Below, piece after piece: positions 19,646 through 28,546 of a DNA stretch of 36,394 nucleotides (positions are counted from its first letter, which is position 1; every line of letters starts with the position of its first letter). Made by a program: the position numbers and the translations under genes. The notes under the pieces are model-generated. The model did no database searches and was not told the DNA's origin. It saw only the letters and a list, made by a program, of their open reading frames with translations. Source of the stretch: Candidatus Micrarchaeota archaeon. GTDB taxonomy: Archaea > Micrarchaeota > Micrarchaeia > Norongarragalinales > SBBD01. Location of the stretch: NCBI GenBank assembly GCA_043820675.1, contig JBDRDM010000079.1:1-36394 (forward strand), read 5' to 3'.

Positions 19646-20233
19646 ATGCTGGATTTTGCATTCGATATGGCGGGATTTGTGAAATCATTCGCCCTCCTAT
19701 TTGCAATCATGGATCCATTTGCATCCATTCCCGTATTTCTGACGCTGACAAAAAAGCTCTCCTCCGTAGACCGGATGAGGGCCGCAAACCAGGCGCTTTA
19801 CGTAGCCACGCTTGTAATCTTGATTTTCCTTTTCTTCGGTACCTCTATTTTAGGCCTCTTTGGGATTAGATTATCGGATTTCATGATTGGAGGCGGTGCA
19901 GTGCTGTTGGTGCTTGGAAGCCAACTGGTGTTCGGGCAGGAAAAGCGGGAAAAAGCAACAAAGGATTATCATGTTGCTGCAACCATTATAGGCGTTCCCC
20001 TGATTACCGGTCCTGGAGTAATCACCACGACCATCGTGCTTGCAGCCTCGGAAGGGATATTCGTAACATTCCTTGCGGCTGCTGCCTCGCTGTTCCTTAA
20101 CTGGGTGCTGCTCCTGAATTCGGGCCGTCTCCTGAAGCTGGTTGGCTCCAATTCCGTGGAAATTTCTTCCAGGGTAATGGGGCTTTTGCTTATCGCAGTT
20201 GCCGTAAGCTATATCCGAACAGGCCTTGGTTAG
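19646..20233 (+). CDS. MarC family membrane protein
   Basis: LFAIMDPFASIPVF, PLITGPG and SRVMGLLL motifs. Confidence 0.92.
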   Translation: MLDFAFDMAGFVKSFALLFAIMDPFASIPVFLTLTKKLSSVDRMRAANQALYVATLVILIFLFFGTSILGLFGIRLSDFMIGGGAVLLVLGSQLVFGQEKREKATKDYHVAATIIGVPLITGPGVITTTIVLAASEGIFVTFLAAAASLFLNWVLLLNSGRLLKLVGSNSVEISSRVMGLLLIAVAVSYIRTGLG

Positions 20234-20505
20234 GCATCGGACACTTCGATCTTAATTCCTCCGATCTTATCCGCGGCAACATTGTAAATGAGTGCAATCA
20301 GTATGCCTATTACGAATCCCATTATGCCGTAAAATATGGGAATCCCGATGATGAATAGCAGGCTCATGAGGGGGTTTGCAATTGCCATAACTAATCCGAA
20401 AAATAACCCGAATATGAATCCTACTATTGCCATCAGCACCCCGTACAGCTTAGCCAGGGACATCGTATCAAAACTTTCCAGGACAAGCGCCCGCCTTTTT
20501 GCCAT
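20230..20505 (-). CDS. small two-helix membrane protein (DUF3566-like)
   Basis: ATG at 20505 with a GAGGTG RBS. Contains SLAKLYG and IYNVAADKIGGIKIE. Confidence 0.75.
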   Translation of the reverse strand: MAKRRALVLESFDTMSLAKLYGVLMAIVGFIFGLFFGLVMAIANPLMSLLFIIGIPIFYGIMGFVIGILIALIYNVAADKIGGIKIEVSDA

Positions 20506-20659
20506 AAAACCACCTCTAAGAATAACGTTAGGAGGAATATTAAGTTTGGGGGAAGCCTGAAAGTGTGCGTAGTAGGTAAAAATGAGAGAGGGAATTTGGG
20601 AATTTTGTATCCATTGAATCAATAATTCCCTAATCCAAAATTAGCTTGAAAGTTCGTTT

Positions 20660-23503
20660 CTACGGAAGGAAATCCTTGTTACTGATCTTTTCGGGCAAAT
20701 AGGTGTTTGAGATGTACTGGAGGTTCTTGCTGCTAAGGGATTGGATTTCCGCCTTTATTTTCTTTACCAGGAACTTGTCGATTTCCTTTTGCCATTCCTT
20801 TGACTTGAACCAGTCGTAGGCCTTCATTTCCGTTGCTCGCTTTATGTCGACCTCCTTTGCCTTGATTGTGACGGCCTTCAAATCATAGTGCTCGATGTCG
20901 GAAATGCTCATCCCCAGGAATTTCATTTCCTTGCATCCCAATCTTCCCGACTCATGCGCAAGCGCCATGGAGCCATATTTCATCGTGGAATAAATGTACC
21001 ACCCATACGGGTCGGCGTCCGTATTTGAAACCAGAATTTGCCCAATTCCTGTCACAAATGAATGAGCCGGAGATACCTCTATATCGTAAACCATGCCCTT
21101 TGTCGGTTGTATTTCGATAATTCTTTTCGTTTTTAGTAGAACAAGTCCGTTCTCCACGATATTCTTCAATACCAGCAGCTTCCTGGCTCCTTCGGCATCA
21201 AGTGCAGGTTCTTTTGAGGCGCGGCGCCATCTCCAGTCTCCCTTCACTTTTAGACCCTTCACCAAGCCTTTTGCAGCCATCCTCTTAAGCGCTTTAAAAG
21301 CGGTGATGAATTTGCTCCCAGTTGCCTTCGCGATCTCTGACGTGGAGATGGATTTTTCGGGGTTTGATGGGAGTGTATCAAGCAAAGTGTCCTTTATTAA
21401 CAGGCTTTCGGGTTTTTCACCAACAACTGTCAGTAAAGGTTCAAGCCTTTCAAAAGCAATCCGTTTCTGATTATTTACGAGGGGGGAAGTGCCCTTTTTC
21501 GAAATCTGGTATATTTCTTTCTGCACTTTTTTGATGATTTCGGAAGGCACGGATTTTCTGATCGAAAGTTTCGAAGTGGGCGCCTGCAAATATTTCCACA
21601 CCTTTTCCCTTTCCCCCCCGGCCTTGTCCATGACTGTTTCTGAAAGGCTCGCAAGTGTCTTGTGGTCCTGGATCACTATGTTGTATCGGTCTTTTTCAGT
21701 TGTCACTTTTGTAACGATGTGATTTACCGAAGCCCAGCCCCCAAGCTGGTGAATAAGGAATACTAAATCAGATGCAAGCTTGCGGCTTATTGTTGTTGCC
21801 GAGAGCCTGCATCCCCTTCTTGAGAAAACAAGGGTGCCGTCGCCCCGGAAGTAGCCCCTAATGAACTCCTTTTTCAGGTCATTAGGCGCGTTAAAAACTA
21901 TCCACGGAATCCTTTTGTTCCCTGCGCCTTCCCCCGCATCCAATAAATCCCGCAGGATTGCCTCGGTTAACATGCCCCCAAATTCTACCCGCAGGGAAGT
22001 TTTCCTGTCATGAACATGTGCCCTTACACCGAATGACCTCTCCGCGGCAACCGAGGCGTCCATTGCATATTCGTTTTCATGCGGACCGAATGTGAGGGCG
22101 ACTTTCCCCCCCAAAGAGCCCTCGCTGGCATAATAGCCCAGCAACCTGAATAGATCTGGTGAAAACGGAATTTTAGATTTTACGCGCACTTCGGATTTGC
22201 CCCATCGGATTTCTTTTATTTGCGATTTATCGAGATTCTTTATTGGTACGAAGCCAGACGATGCTTCTGTCCTCGCCTGCACGTTTTGAGAAATTCCGTT
22301 ATTCCCTAGAACCTCTCCTGCTATATCTATTTCCTTCATTTCTTGCACGTTAAGCGGATTTGATGCAGAAATGATGTAGTCGGCTTGCTTCAGTTCAACC
22401 GGCGGCCGTGAAACGATCTCAAATTTTTCAGAGTCAAACACCTTCAGGCTGTGGGATCGCGTTACCCTTGCGGAATATCCGCCCTCAGCTTCGATTTCAA
22501 GCAGGGGCTCGCTTATTTCGTGCCTCACTGCATTAACAATCATCCCGGTTTCAGCCTTCCCTTCTTTGCCGACTGCCAGTGAATCGCCGAGTGCAAACGA
22601 CTTCTGGAAATAGCCCATGTCTGTAATGCCATAAACTTGCATTGCATTGTCAACGAATTTCCCTATTTCGGGGCGCTTTATCAACCCATCCTCCCCGATT
22701 ATCATCAGTGGTTCGTTTGAATCAACGCTAAGGCAGTAGACCGGCAATTTGAGCTCATCGCTCATCCTTTGCAAAAGCCTCCTAGCGCCCCTTGCGGCCT
22801 GCCCAGCTGTCGTCATCAAAAGGCACTTGTTCTTCTTCCAGTATTCGTCCTCGTTCAAGCGGTCGAAGATGGCGTTCTTTTCCGCTACAAGGACGTATTC
22901 GATCTCGTGGTCCATGAATTCTATCTGTTCGACAATCGAGGGCACGGCAAGCCCGCCGCTCCCAAGCTTGCTCAGATCGATTATGGATTCCCTTTCGCGC
23001 ACGTAATCCTTTATCTTCATGAGGCCCGCCATCCTTCCCTTGGGCTCTGCGCGCAGGTGGAGCATTTCCCTAAACGTATCCAAAGAGACCTCGAAATCAA
23101 CTATTGCAAGGTCCGATTCCTTCTGCTCGTCGATCGTATCCTCCCTGGTTCCGGCAATGGTGCGCTTCTTTGCATAGTAAAGATCCCTAAGCGTTGCCGT
23201 AAGGTTATTTTCCAGGAGGTCCTTTTTCACATAGCTCGCAACGAGCATGGTCTGCATGAACCTCCTTGCATGGGACACATTGAACAAATACCTCTTGGCG
23301 ACCTTGCTGCCGAGCACGATCTTCTTGTTCTTTTCATCGAAGGCGACATTGCTGCTGCCCCTCACGGGAATGTCTATGTGCGGATTGTCGCCCTTTTCGA
23401 TCTCGGAAACGAGCTCGTCTGCGAATTTGCCGATCCTTCTTAGTGTCTCCTCGCGGTTCTTTTCGCGCTTCGCCATCCCGCCGATGTCCTTTTTTTCTGC
23501 CAT
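20660..23503 (-). CDS. top6A: DNA topoisomerase VI subunit A, intein-containing
   Basis: Catalytic LRDLYY, TOPRIM VAEK and TDADPYG motifs. Removing the intein restores LPVYCL/TDADPYGWYIYS and gives 378 aa. Confidence 0.95.
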   Translation of the reverse strand: MAEKKDIGGMAKREKNREETLRRIGKFADELVSEIEKGDNPHIDIPVRGSSNVAFDEKNKKIVLGSKVAKRYLFNVSHARRFMQTMLVASYVKKDLLENNLTATLRDLYYAKKRTIAGTREDTIDEQKESDLAIVDFEVSLDTFREMLHLRAEPKGRMAGLMKIKDYVRERESIIDLSKLGSGGLAVPSIVEQIEFMDHEIEYVLVAEKNAIFDRLNEDEYWKKNKCLLMTTAGQAARGARRLLQRMSDELKLPVYCLSVDSNEPLMIIGEDGLIKRPEIGKFVDNAMQVYGITDMGYFQKSFALGDSLAVGKEGKAETGMIVNAVRHEISEPLLEIEAEGGYSARVTRSHSLKVFDSEKFEIVSRPPVELKQADYIISASNPLNVQEMKEIDIAGEVLGNNGISQNVQARTEASSGFVPIKNLDKSQIKEIRWGKSEVRVKSKIPFSPDLFRLLGYYASEGSLGGKVALTFGPHENEYAMDASVAAERSFGVRAHVHDRKTSLRVEFGGMLTEAILRDLLDAGEGAGNKRIPWIVFNAPNDLKKEFIRGYFRGDGTLVFSRRGCRLSATTISRKLASDLVFLIHQLGGWASVNHIVTKVTTEKDRYNIVIQDHKTLASLSETVMDKAGGEREKVWKYLQAPTSKLSIRKSVPSEIIKKVQKEIYQISKKGTSPLVNNQKRIAFERLEPLLTVVGEKPESLLIKDTLLDTLPSNPEKSISTSEIAKATGSKFITAFKALKRMAAKGLVKGLKVKGDWRWRRASKEPALDAEGARKLLVLKNIVENGLVLLKTKRIIEIQPTKGMVYDIEVSPAHSFVTGIGQILVSNTDADPYGWYIYSTMKYGSMALAHESGRLGCKEMKFLGMSISDIEHYDLKAVTIKAKEVDIKRATEMKAYDWFKSKEWQKEIDKFLVKKIKAEIQSLSSKNLQYISNTYLPEKISNKDFLP
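21023..22729 (-). mobile_element. intein (569 aa) with LAGLIDADG homing endonuclease and a winged-HTH-like insert
   Basis: Starts SVDSNEPL; block B TRSH; LAGLIDADG motifs LLGYYASEGS and FIRGYFRGDG; block F VYDIEV; ends ILVSN followed by +1 Thr. Confidence 0.92.
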
Positions 23504-23609
23504 AACGATTTACCTTGATACGCCATTTAATCGGAAAATGGGTTTCCCCAATTTGCCGCCTTTGCAAAACAATTGTTTATGTTCAATATGCCCCCAAATC
23601 CCGCTGCTA

Positions 23610-25478
23610 TTATTCCTCGTCTTCCTCCTCCTTTTTCATGTCCTCGTCAATGCCAATTTCCTCAAGCGCTTCTTCCTTTTCCGCAAGCTTTGTCCGCTCC
23701 TCGGCAATCTTTCGGAGCATTTCTTGTATTTTGACCTTCTCAACCCCTCCCTTGATGTCATGGAGCGCTTCTGCAACTTCGCCAATATACCTGAAGAATA
23801 TTTGCCTTCGCCTCTCCTGGTCTTCTGCCTTCTGGAGGGAGTGGAGGTAAATCGAGATGTCCCTTGCGCATTCCATGAGCGCATTGCGGATCTCCTCTAT
23901 GATCTCTTCCTCCTGCGATATGGCAAGCTTACCTGCACCCGTATAAGGGACGTAAACGGAAACGAAATTGATGAAAATAGATATTGACATTTCCTCCCAT
24001 TTGCGTAAATCATACCTTGACCAATCGATGCTCTTGACGGCATCCATTGTGGCGCAGCTTCCGGCATCGAACAACAAAGGCACGGAATTTGCATACCTTA
24101 ATACCTCGCCGACCCTGTGCGTTCCCGGCGGCTTGTCGGATGCTTTTGCCGCAGCAACGGATGCTTCTACTCCAGCATTGCCCCCGTATGCAATTGCGGC
24201 CTCCACCATGAATGGGATGCCTCCCCGAAATACGCGCGGCTTTCGCACCGATATTTTCATTGCCTCTGGCTGCAATAGGTTCTTGAGGCTCTTTTCCAAT
24301 TGCCCTTCGCCGATAGGGATTAGCACGTCCGTTTCCGGAGCAATCCATTTAACCTTCTGGAAGGCCTCAACAATCCTTTCCGCCTGGGGCCATTGGAGCG
24401 TCCTTGGCTGCCTTCCGAAATCGAGGTATTCGGCGCTTTTAGCATCGATGCCAGCATTGACCAGGGTCTCAAGCTCTTTTGTCTTATCTGAGCTTACCCT
24501 GGTGAATTCCTGCTGGAGGAATGATGAGATCTTGCGGTTTTGGGAAACCAGGGCCATGTCCATCAAATCCGAGGTCGAAATCCCAAGCGGGTGCGGAAGG
24601 GAATCCTTTGCCTTTGGGGGAATTGCCGTGCTCGCCCTTGGGAAAACAATTATCTCCTTTGTTGGCTCGATAAGCGTAATCTGGACGTGCGGGTTGGCAA
24701 TTGCCGTGCGCCTCAGGTATTCGTAAACCGAATATTCCGACCGGTTGTATGCGACTTCCGCGAACTCGGCTTCGACCCTAAGGCCGCGGTAATTTCCGCT
24801 GTATTCCTTCTCGTTTGTGATGATGGGGCTGTTGTTCTTGACGTCAATGGATACTTCGCATTCGAATATTTTGTAATTGCCAAGGCTGGTTTTTACTTTG
24901 GTTGGCTTTCCGGTTGTAATTTGGGCAAAGAGCGTTGCTCCCTTCGCGCCAATTCCCTGCTGGCCCCTCCTTTGCCTCCTTTGGTGGAATTTTGTGCCGG
25001 AAAGGAGTTCCCCAAGGGCGTTCCCAACCTTTGATTTGGGTATGCCCGTTCCATTATCTTCCACAATTACCAGTAGGTGCCCGTTGACTTCCTGGATTTC
25101 CACCTTGATGTCGGGGAGGATTTTGGCATCCTCCGCGGAGTCGATCGAATTCGTGACGTACTCGTGGATGATAGTCGTAAGTGAGCGCACCTTGCCGGAA
25201 TATCCCAGCATCTGCCGGTTCTTCTTGAAGAATTCCGCGACCGAATATTCCTTGTATTCCTTTGCAAGCTGGTGCTCAATGTCCTCTGCAGTCGGTTCCT
25301 TTTGGGTGGCGGATTTGGGAATCTCTGTACGCGAGGGCCCCTCTTCCATGGCCCTGCGCGTGTTGGAAGGCTTGTCCATGGCCGCCTTTTCCGCATCCCT
25401 CCTCTGGTCCGCCTTCGTTCCGACTAGTTTTGCCGCATTCCGGGCGACTTCGCGCTGATCGTGCCTTGTTTGAACCAT
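23610..25478 (-). CDS. top6B: DNA topoisomerase VI subunit B
   Basis: SVAEFFKKNRQMLGY, GHKL motifs HEYVTNSID, EDNGTGI and RGQQGIG, plus RYANSVPLL. Confidence 0.96.
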   Translation of the reverse strand: MVQTRHDQREVARNAAKLVGTKADQRRDAEKAAMDKPSNTRRAMEEGPSRTEIPKSATQKEPTAEDIEHQLAKEYKEYSVAEFFKKNRQMLGYSGKVRSLTTIIHEYVTNSIDSAEDAKILPDIKVEIQEVNGHLLVIVEDNGTGIPKSKVGNALGELLSGTKFHQRRQRRGQQGIGAKGATLFAQITTGKPTKVKTSLGNYKIFECEVSIDVKNNSPIITNEKEYSGNYRGLRVEAEFAEVAYNRSEYSVYEYLRRTAIANPHVQITLIEPTKEIIVFPRASTAIPPKAKDSLPHPLGISTSDLMDMALVSQNRKISSFLQQEFTRVSSDKTKELETLVNAGIDAKSAEYLDFGRQPRTLQWPQAERIVEAFQKVKWIAPETDVLIPIGEGQLEKSLKNLLQPEAMKISVRKPRVFRGGIPFMVEAAIAYGGNAGVEASVAAAKASDKPPGTHRVGEVLRYANSVPLLFDAGSCATMDAVKSIDWSRYDLRKWEEMSISIFINFVSVYVPYTGAGKLAISQEEEIIEEIRNALMECARDISIYLHSLQKAEDQERRRQIFFRYIGEVAEALHDIKGGVEKVKIQEMLRKIAEERTKLAEKEEALEEIGIDEDMKKEEEDEE

Positions 25479-25550
25479 ATGGTGAATTCACTACTTGTTT
25501 TTCTGATGAATATTACGGTTGGCCAATTTGGCTTATTTTCCGAATCTCAA

Positions 25551-26075
25551 TCACTTCAAATTATACTTCCTTTCCCTGTTCTTTTTCTCCATATAAGCGT
25601 AAACGCCCGTGTGGGGCGAACCTTCAAGGAGCCGCAAGATTCCCTCCTTAGCAAGCTGCAGGTCGTCAAATTCCCCAAGGACCGCAACCTTGTGCCCCGA
25701 AACCGCGACGAAAGCCCCTGTAATTTCTGTGATCGTCGCTTTCGCCTTGCCGCCCGCGCCGATGATGCGTCCCTTGTACCTTTCTATCGCTTTCTCATTT
25801 GGAAGGACTAGGGCAAGGTCGATGATCTCGAGGAAATAGTTATCGCTGAAAAGTTTAAAAGCATGTTGCGGCAGGAAGCCGTAATTGATGGCTTTAAGCA
25901 CCTGTTCTGCCACCCAAACCTTTCCGCTCTCGCCATCCAGCTCGAGGTTGCCATCAGGATTCAGCTTTATTCTGACTTCGCCCTTCTTTTCGAGCTGCCT
26001 GCGGAGGCTTTCGCCATTCTTTGAAAGCGCATCTGCGGTTGATTTTGATATCGGAAGAAGTTCCATTTTTTCCAC
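25551..26075 (-). CDS. KH-domain rRNA-processing protein (aDim2/Pno1)
   Basis: KAINYGF, RYKGRIIGAGGKAK and GSPHTGVY motifs; usual position upstream of top6B. Confidence 0.9.
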   Translation of the reverse strand: MEKMELLPISKSTADALSKNGESLRRQLEKKGEVRIKLNPDGNLELDGESGKVWVAEQVLKAINYGFLPQHAFKLFSDNYFLEIIDLALVLPNEKAIERYKGRIIGAGGKAKATITEITGAFVAVSGHKVAVLGEFDDLQLAKEGILRLLEGSPHTGVYAYMEKKNRERKYNLK

Positions 26076-26173
26076 ATTTTTAGGGGCTTATTTCCCTTTA
26101 AGGGTCGAGTAATCCTCTCTAAAACCAATAGGCAAGGCCCTGTTTTCCCTCATGAATTAGAAAAAGCAGCCTT

Positions 26174-26332
26174 TTAATGGCTTCTGGAGCGAACGCGCAC
26201 GATTCCTTTTTTCCCATCCATTTCAACAAGATCGCCGTCATGCAGGGTGCGGGTGCCAAATTTCGTTCCGACTATGCACGGTATCCCAAGCTCCCGGCTT
26301 ACAATTGCCGCATGCGAGGAAATCCCGCCTCC
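26174..26332 (-). pseudogene. 5'-truncated remnant of a PEP-utilizer mobile domain gene
   Basis: Manual translation [52 protein letters not shown]. There is no start codon between it and an in-frame stop about 8 codons upstream. Confidence 0.8.
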
Positions 26333-26417
26333 CCCCTGCTTTCTGGCAGAATTGCGAAATTATAGATGGGCGCGCACTTGTACCTTCCGGCATAATGATA
26401 ATCGCGCTCATTTGGTT

Positions 26418-27968
26418 TCATTGTTTGATCCTCCTTACGGTGCCGTTGATTCCATCGACTTCAATCATATCCCCCGTCTTGAAAACCTTTGTCGCGTTCT
26501 TGGTTCCAACAATGCAAGGAAGCCTGAACTCCCTGCTAACTATTGCTGCATGCGAGGAAAGGCCGCCCTCATCAGTTACTATTGCGGCGACCTTCCTGAA
26601 CAGGGGAGTGAATTCCATCGTCGTCATGTAGGTGACAAGTATTTCGCCTTCCTTCACCAGATCCCTCTCCGCAGGCGTTTTCACTACCCTTGCCTTTCCT
26701 GTTGCTAAGCCACCGCATCCCACAATTCCGTGCAGCAAAGAGGCCTTTCCGGAGCTGGCAAACTGCCAATAGATGCCCTCCTCCCTCAAAATGGTTTCCT
26801 TATTTCCCGAATAGATTTTGAATGGCCTTCCATGGGAGATTGCAATATAGCCCTTTTTCCTTTTTTCAATTTCAGCTGGCGGGACTATCTCCCCCTTCTG
26901 GAGGAATAATTCAATTTCATCCAGGGAATGGAATGTGGCCTCTTCCTTGCTGCAATCCATCCTACGAGCTAATTCGGCAATCAAAGGCTGCCAATTTAAG
27001 TAGGCTTCCGAATATTTCCCCTTCGCCCAGTCCCTTTGGTTGGTGAATTCTTCGAGGACATCGAGGATGCGAAGGATTTTTTTGGGGGGTTTTAGGCGAC
27101 GGAGCAATTTGCGCTTTTTTGCCAAGGCGACCCTGTATCCAAGCAGCAAATCCGAAAGCTCCTCCTTGCAGTTCCTGCGCAAATCCCTCCTGAACGCCTC
27201 GATCCACTGGCTCCGGGTCCAGGGCACGCTCATGTACTCGCTAGTTGTCCAGGCGTAATCGGTGATATGTCTGTCGAATTCCCGCTTCAATTTGGGGTAC
27301 TTCTCAAACGCTTGCTCGATGCGAATGGGGGAATCCAAGTAGAATGCCTTCTGGACCTCCCCGTTCATTTGTATGCGGGAGGCGATCCCAAGGAAGCTTT
27401 CGCGCTCCCTGAACGGCACCGATTTTTCCCTGCTGGCAGATAGGGTTTCAACGCATTCCTGGTACCTATCCGTTTCATTCCATTCGGAAAATTTCGCAGT
27501 CAGGAATTTTGAGAGCTCGAAACGGGGGTTCCAGCAGCATTCTATTCCCCATAGCTGGACTGTGATAATCGGACCTATTGCCATGGCCTTCCGGAAATCC
27601 CTGAATAGCCCAAGCAGTTCTGCACCCCCCAATTTGCGCAAATTCGCGCCTCCAAAGGCCAATGACGCGTTATTCACCTTTTTAAAGAATTTGTTGGAAA
27701 GGGCGCTTAGCTTTTTTTGCGTGCACCTGCCTGTCGATATGTCCTCTTGGAATGCCTTTGTGTTCCTCCTCAGCTCCTGTTCGTCATAGAAAATGTACGC
27801 GCCGTCGCCTGGGGTGAAAGCCGCAAGGTAGTTGTGCCTGCTGAACCGAACTGCCGGAAAGTAGCCTTCGCCTTTAAGGCCTTCGGAAAAAAGTTCAGCC
27901 TGCGTAAGTGCCATATTCCTTCTGTGCGCCCAAACCCATTTGATGCCCGTTGGCTTGTAGACTTCCAT
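26418..27968 (-). CDS. PEP-utilizer mobile domain protein, paralogue 6
   Basis: C-terminal [28 protein letters not shown]. Same architecture as paralogues 1-5. Confidence 0.85.
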   Translation of the reverse strand: MEVYKPTGIKWVWAHRRNMALTQAELFSEGLKGEGYFPAVRFSRHNYLAAFTPGDGAYIFYDEQELRRNTKAFQEDISTGRCTQKKLSALSNKFFKKVNNASLAFGGANLRKLGGAELLGLFRDFRKAMAIGPIITVQLWGIECCWNPRFELSKFLTAKFSEWNETDRYQECVETLSASREKSVPFRERESFLGIASRIQMNGEVQKAFYLDSPIRIEQAFEKYPKLKREFDRHITDYAWTTSEYMSVPWTRSQWIEAFRRDLRRNCKEELSDLLLGYRVALAKKRKLLRRLKPPKKILRILDVLEEFTNQRDWAKGKYSEAYLNWQPLIAELARRMDCSKEEATFHSLDEIELFLQKGEIVPPAEIEKRKKGYIAISHGRPFKIYSGNKETILREEGIYWQFASSGKASLLHGIVGCGGLATGKARVVKTPAERDLVKEGEILVTYMTTMEFTPLFRKVAAIVTDEGGLSSHAAIVSREFRLPCIVGTKNATKVFKTGDMIEVDGINGTVRRIKQ

Positions 27969-28011
27969 AGGATGATATATCTCTTTGCCTCTACGTTAAA
28001 AAAACCCTTCA

Positions 28012-28026
28012 GTTAGTAATACTAAC
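28012..28026. promoter_or_regulatory. palindromic operator-like site in a divergent intergenic region
   Basis: Perfect inverted repeat GTTAGTA-A-TACTAAC ending just before the ATG at 28028. Confidence 0.4.
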
Positions 28027-28027
28027 C

Positions 28028-28546
28028 ATGGGCCCGCTATCCCACTTCGTGCTGGCGTTCATCCTGGTTATGTGGACTGCCACGACCCTTGGCATTGAAC
28101 TTACCCTTCCCGTATGGATACTTGCGATATTCGGCGGGCTCTTCCCCGATTTCACGCACGAGAAATGGGAGTTCGTAGGCTCCGCCCTTATTTCCTTTGG
28201 GGCCGCATATTTTTTCGGGTACTCCAATTCGGGCGATTTGGGCATGGGTTTCATCGCGGGAATAATTGCCATCGTGATACTCCTTTTTTTGCGCTCCCAA
28301 TATTTTATGCCCCGGGAATACAAGCAGCATCCGCGCTACGAATTTCGGAAGGAATGGTATGCTAAGGGAAGGTGGCTTCTTTCCGTCGAATACATGATCC
28401 TGTTTGCGCTCTTCGCCTTCCTGTTCACTGGTTCCTTAGCAATTGCGCTCCTCGCTTTCATTGCATACGCATCCCATGCGTTCGCTGACTGGGTATGGTA
28501 TGGGACGGATTTCGGAGTTAGGCACCTTGCCAAATACGATGTTTGA
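28028..28546 (+). CDS. membrane-bound metal-dependent hydrolase (YdjM-like)
   Basis: N-terminal SH, GGLFPD and C-terminal SHAFAD motifs in a hydrophobic protein. Confidence 0.75.
   Translation: MGPLSHFVLAFILVMWTATTLGIELTLPVWILAIFGGLFPDFTHEKWEFVGSALISFGAAYFFGYSNSGDLGMGFIAGIIAIVILLFLRSQYFMPREYKQHPRYEFRKEWYAKGRWLLSVEYMILFALFAFLFTGSLAIALLAFIAYASHAFADWVWYGTDFGVRHLAKYDV

Noticed and set aside
22727-22735. Intein starting at Cys (CLSVDS)
   Set aside because: Top6A needs LPVY-x-x-TDxD spacing, so CL belongs to the extein and the intein starts at Ser.
22769-25651. Long plus-strand ORFs opposite top6A and top6B (and similarly opposite the pur genes)
   Set aside because: They are antisense frames of well-supported genes and have no independent coding signal.
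2672-26708. Recurrent plus-strand ORFs sharing '[17 protein letters not shown]'
   Set aside because: They are antisense shadows of the conserved His-swivel coding sequence, not a separate gene family.
2648-27968. Calling the paralogues ppsA, ppdK or ptsI
   Set aside because: Only the mobile His domain is present; the nucleotide-binding and PEP/pyruvate-binding domains are not recognisable.
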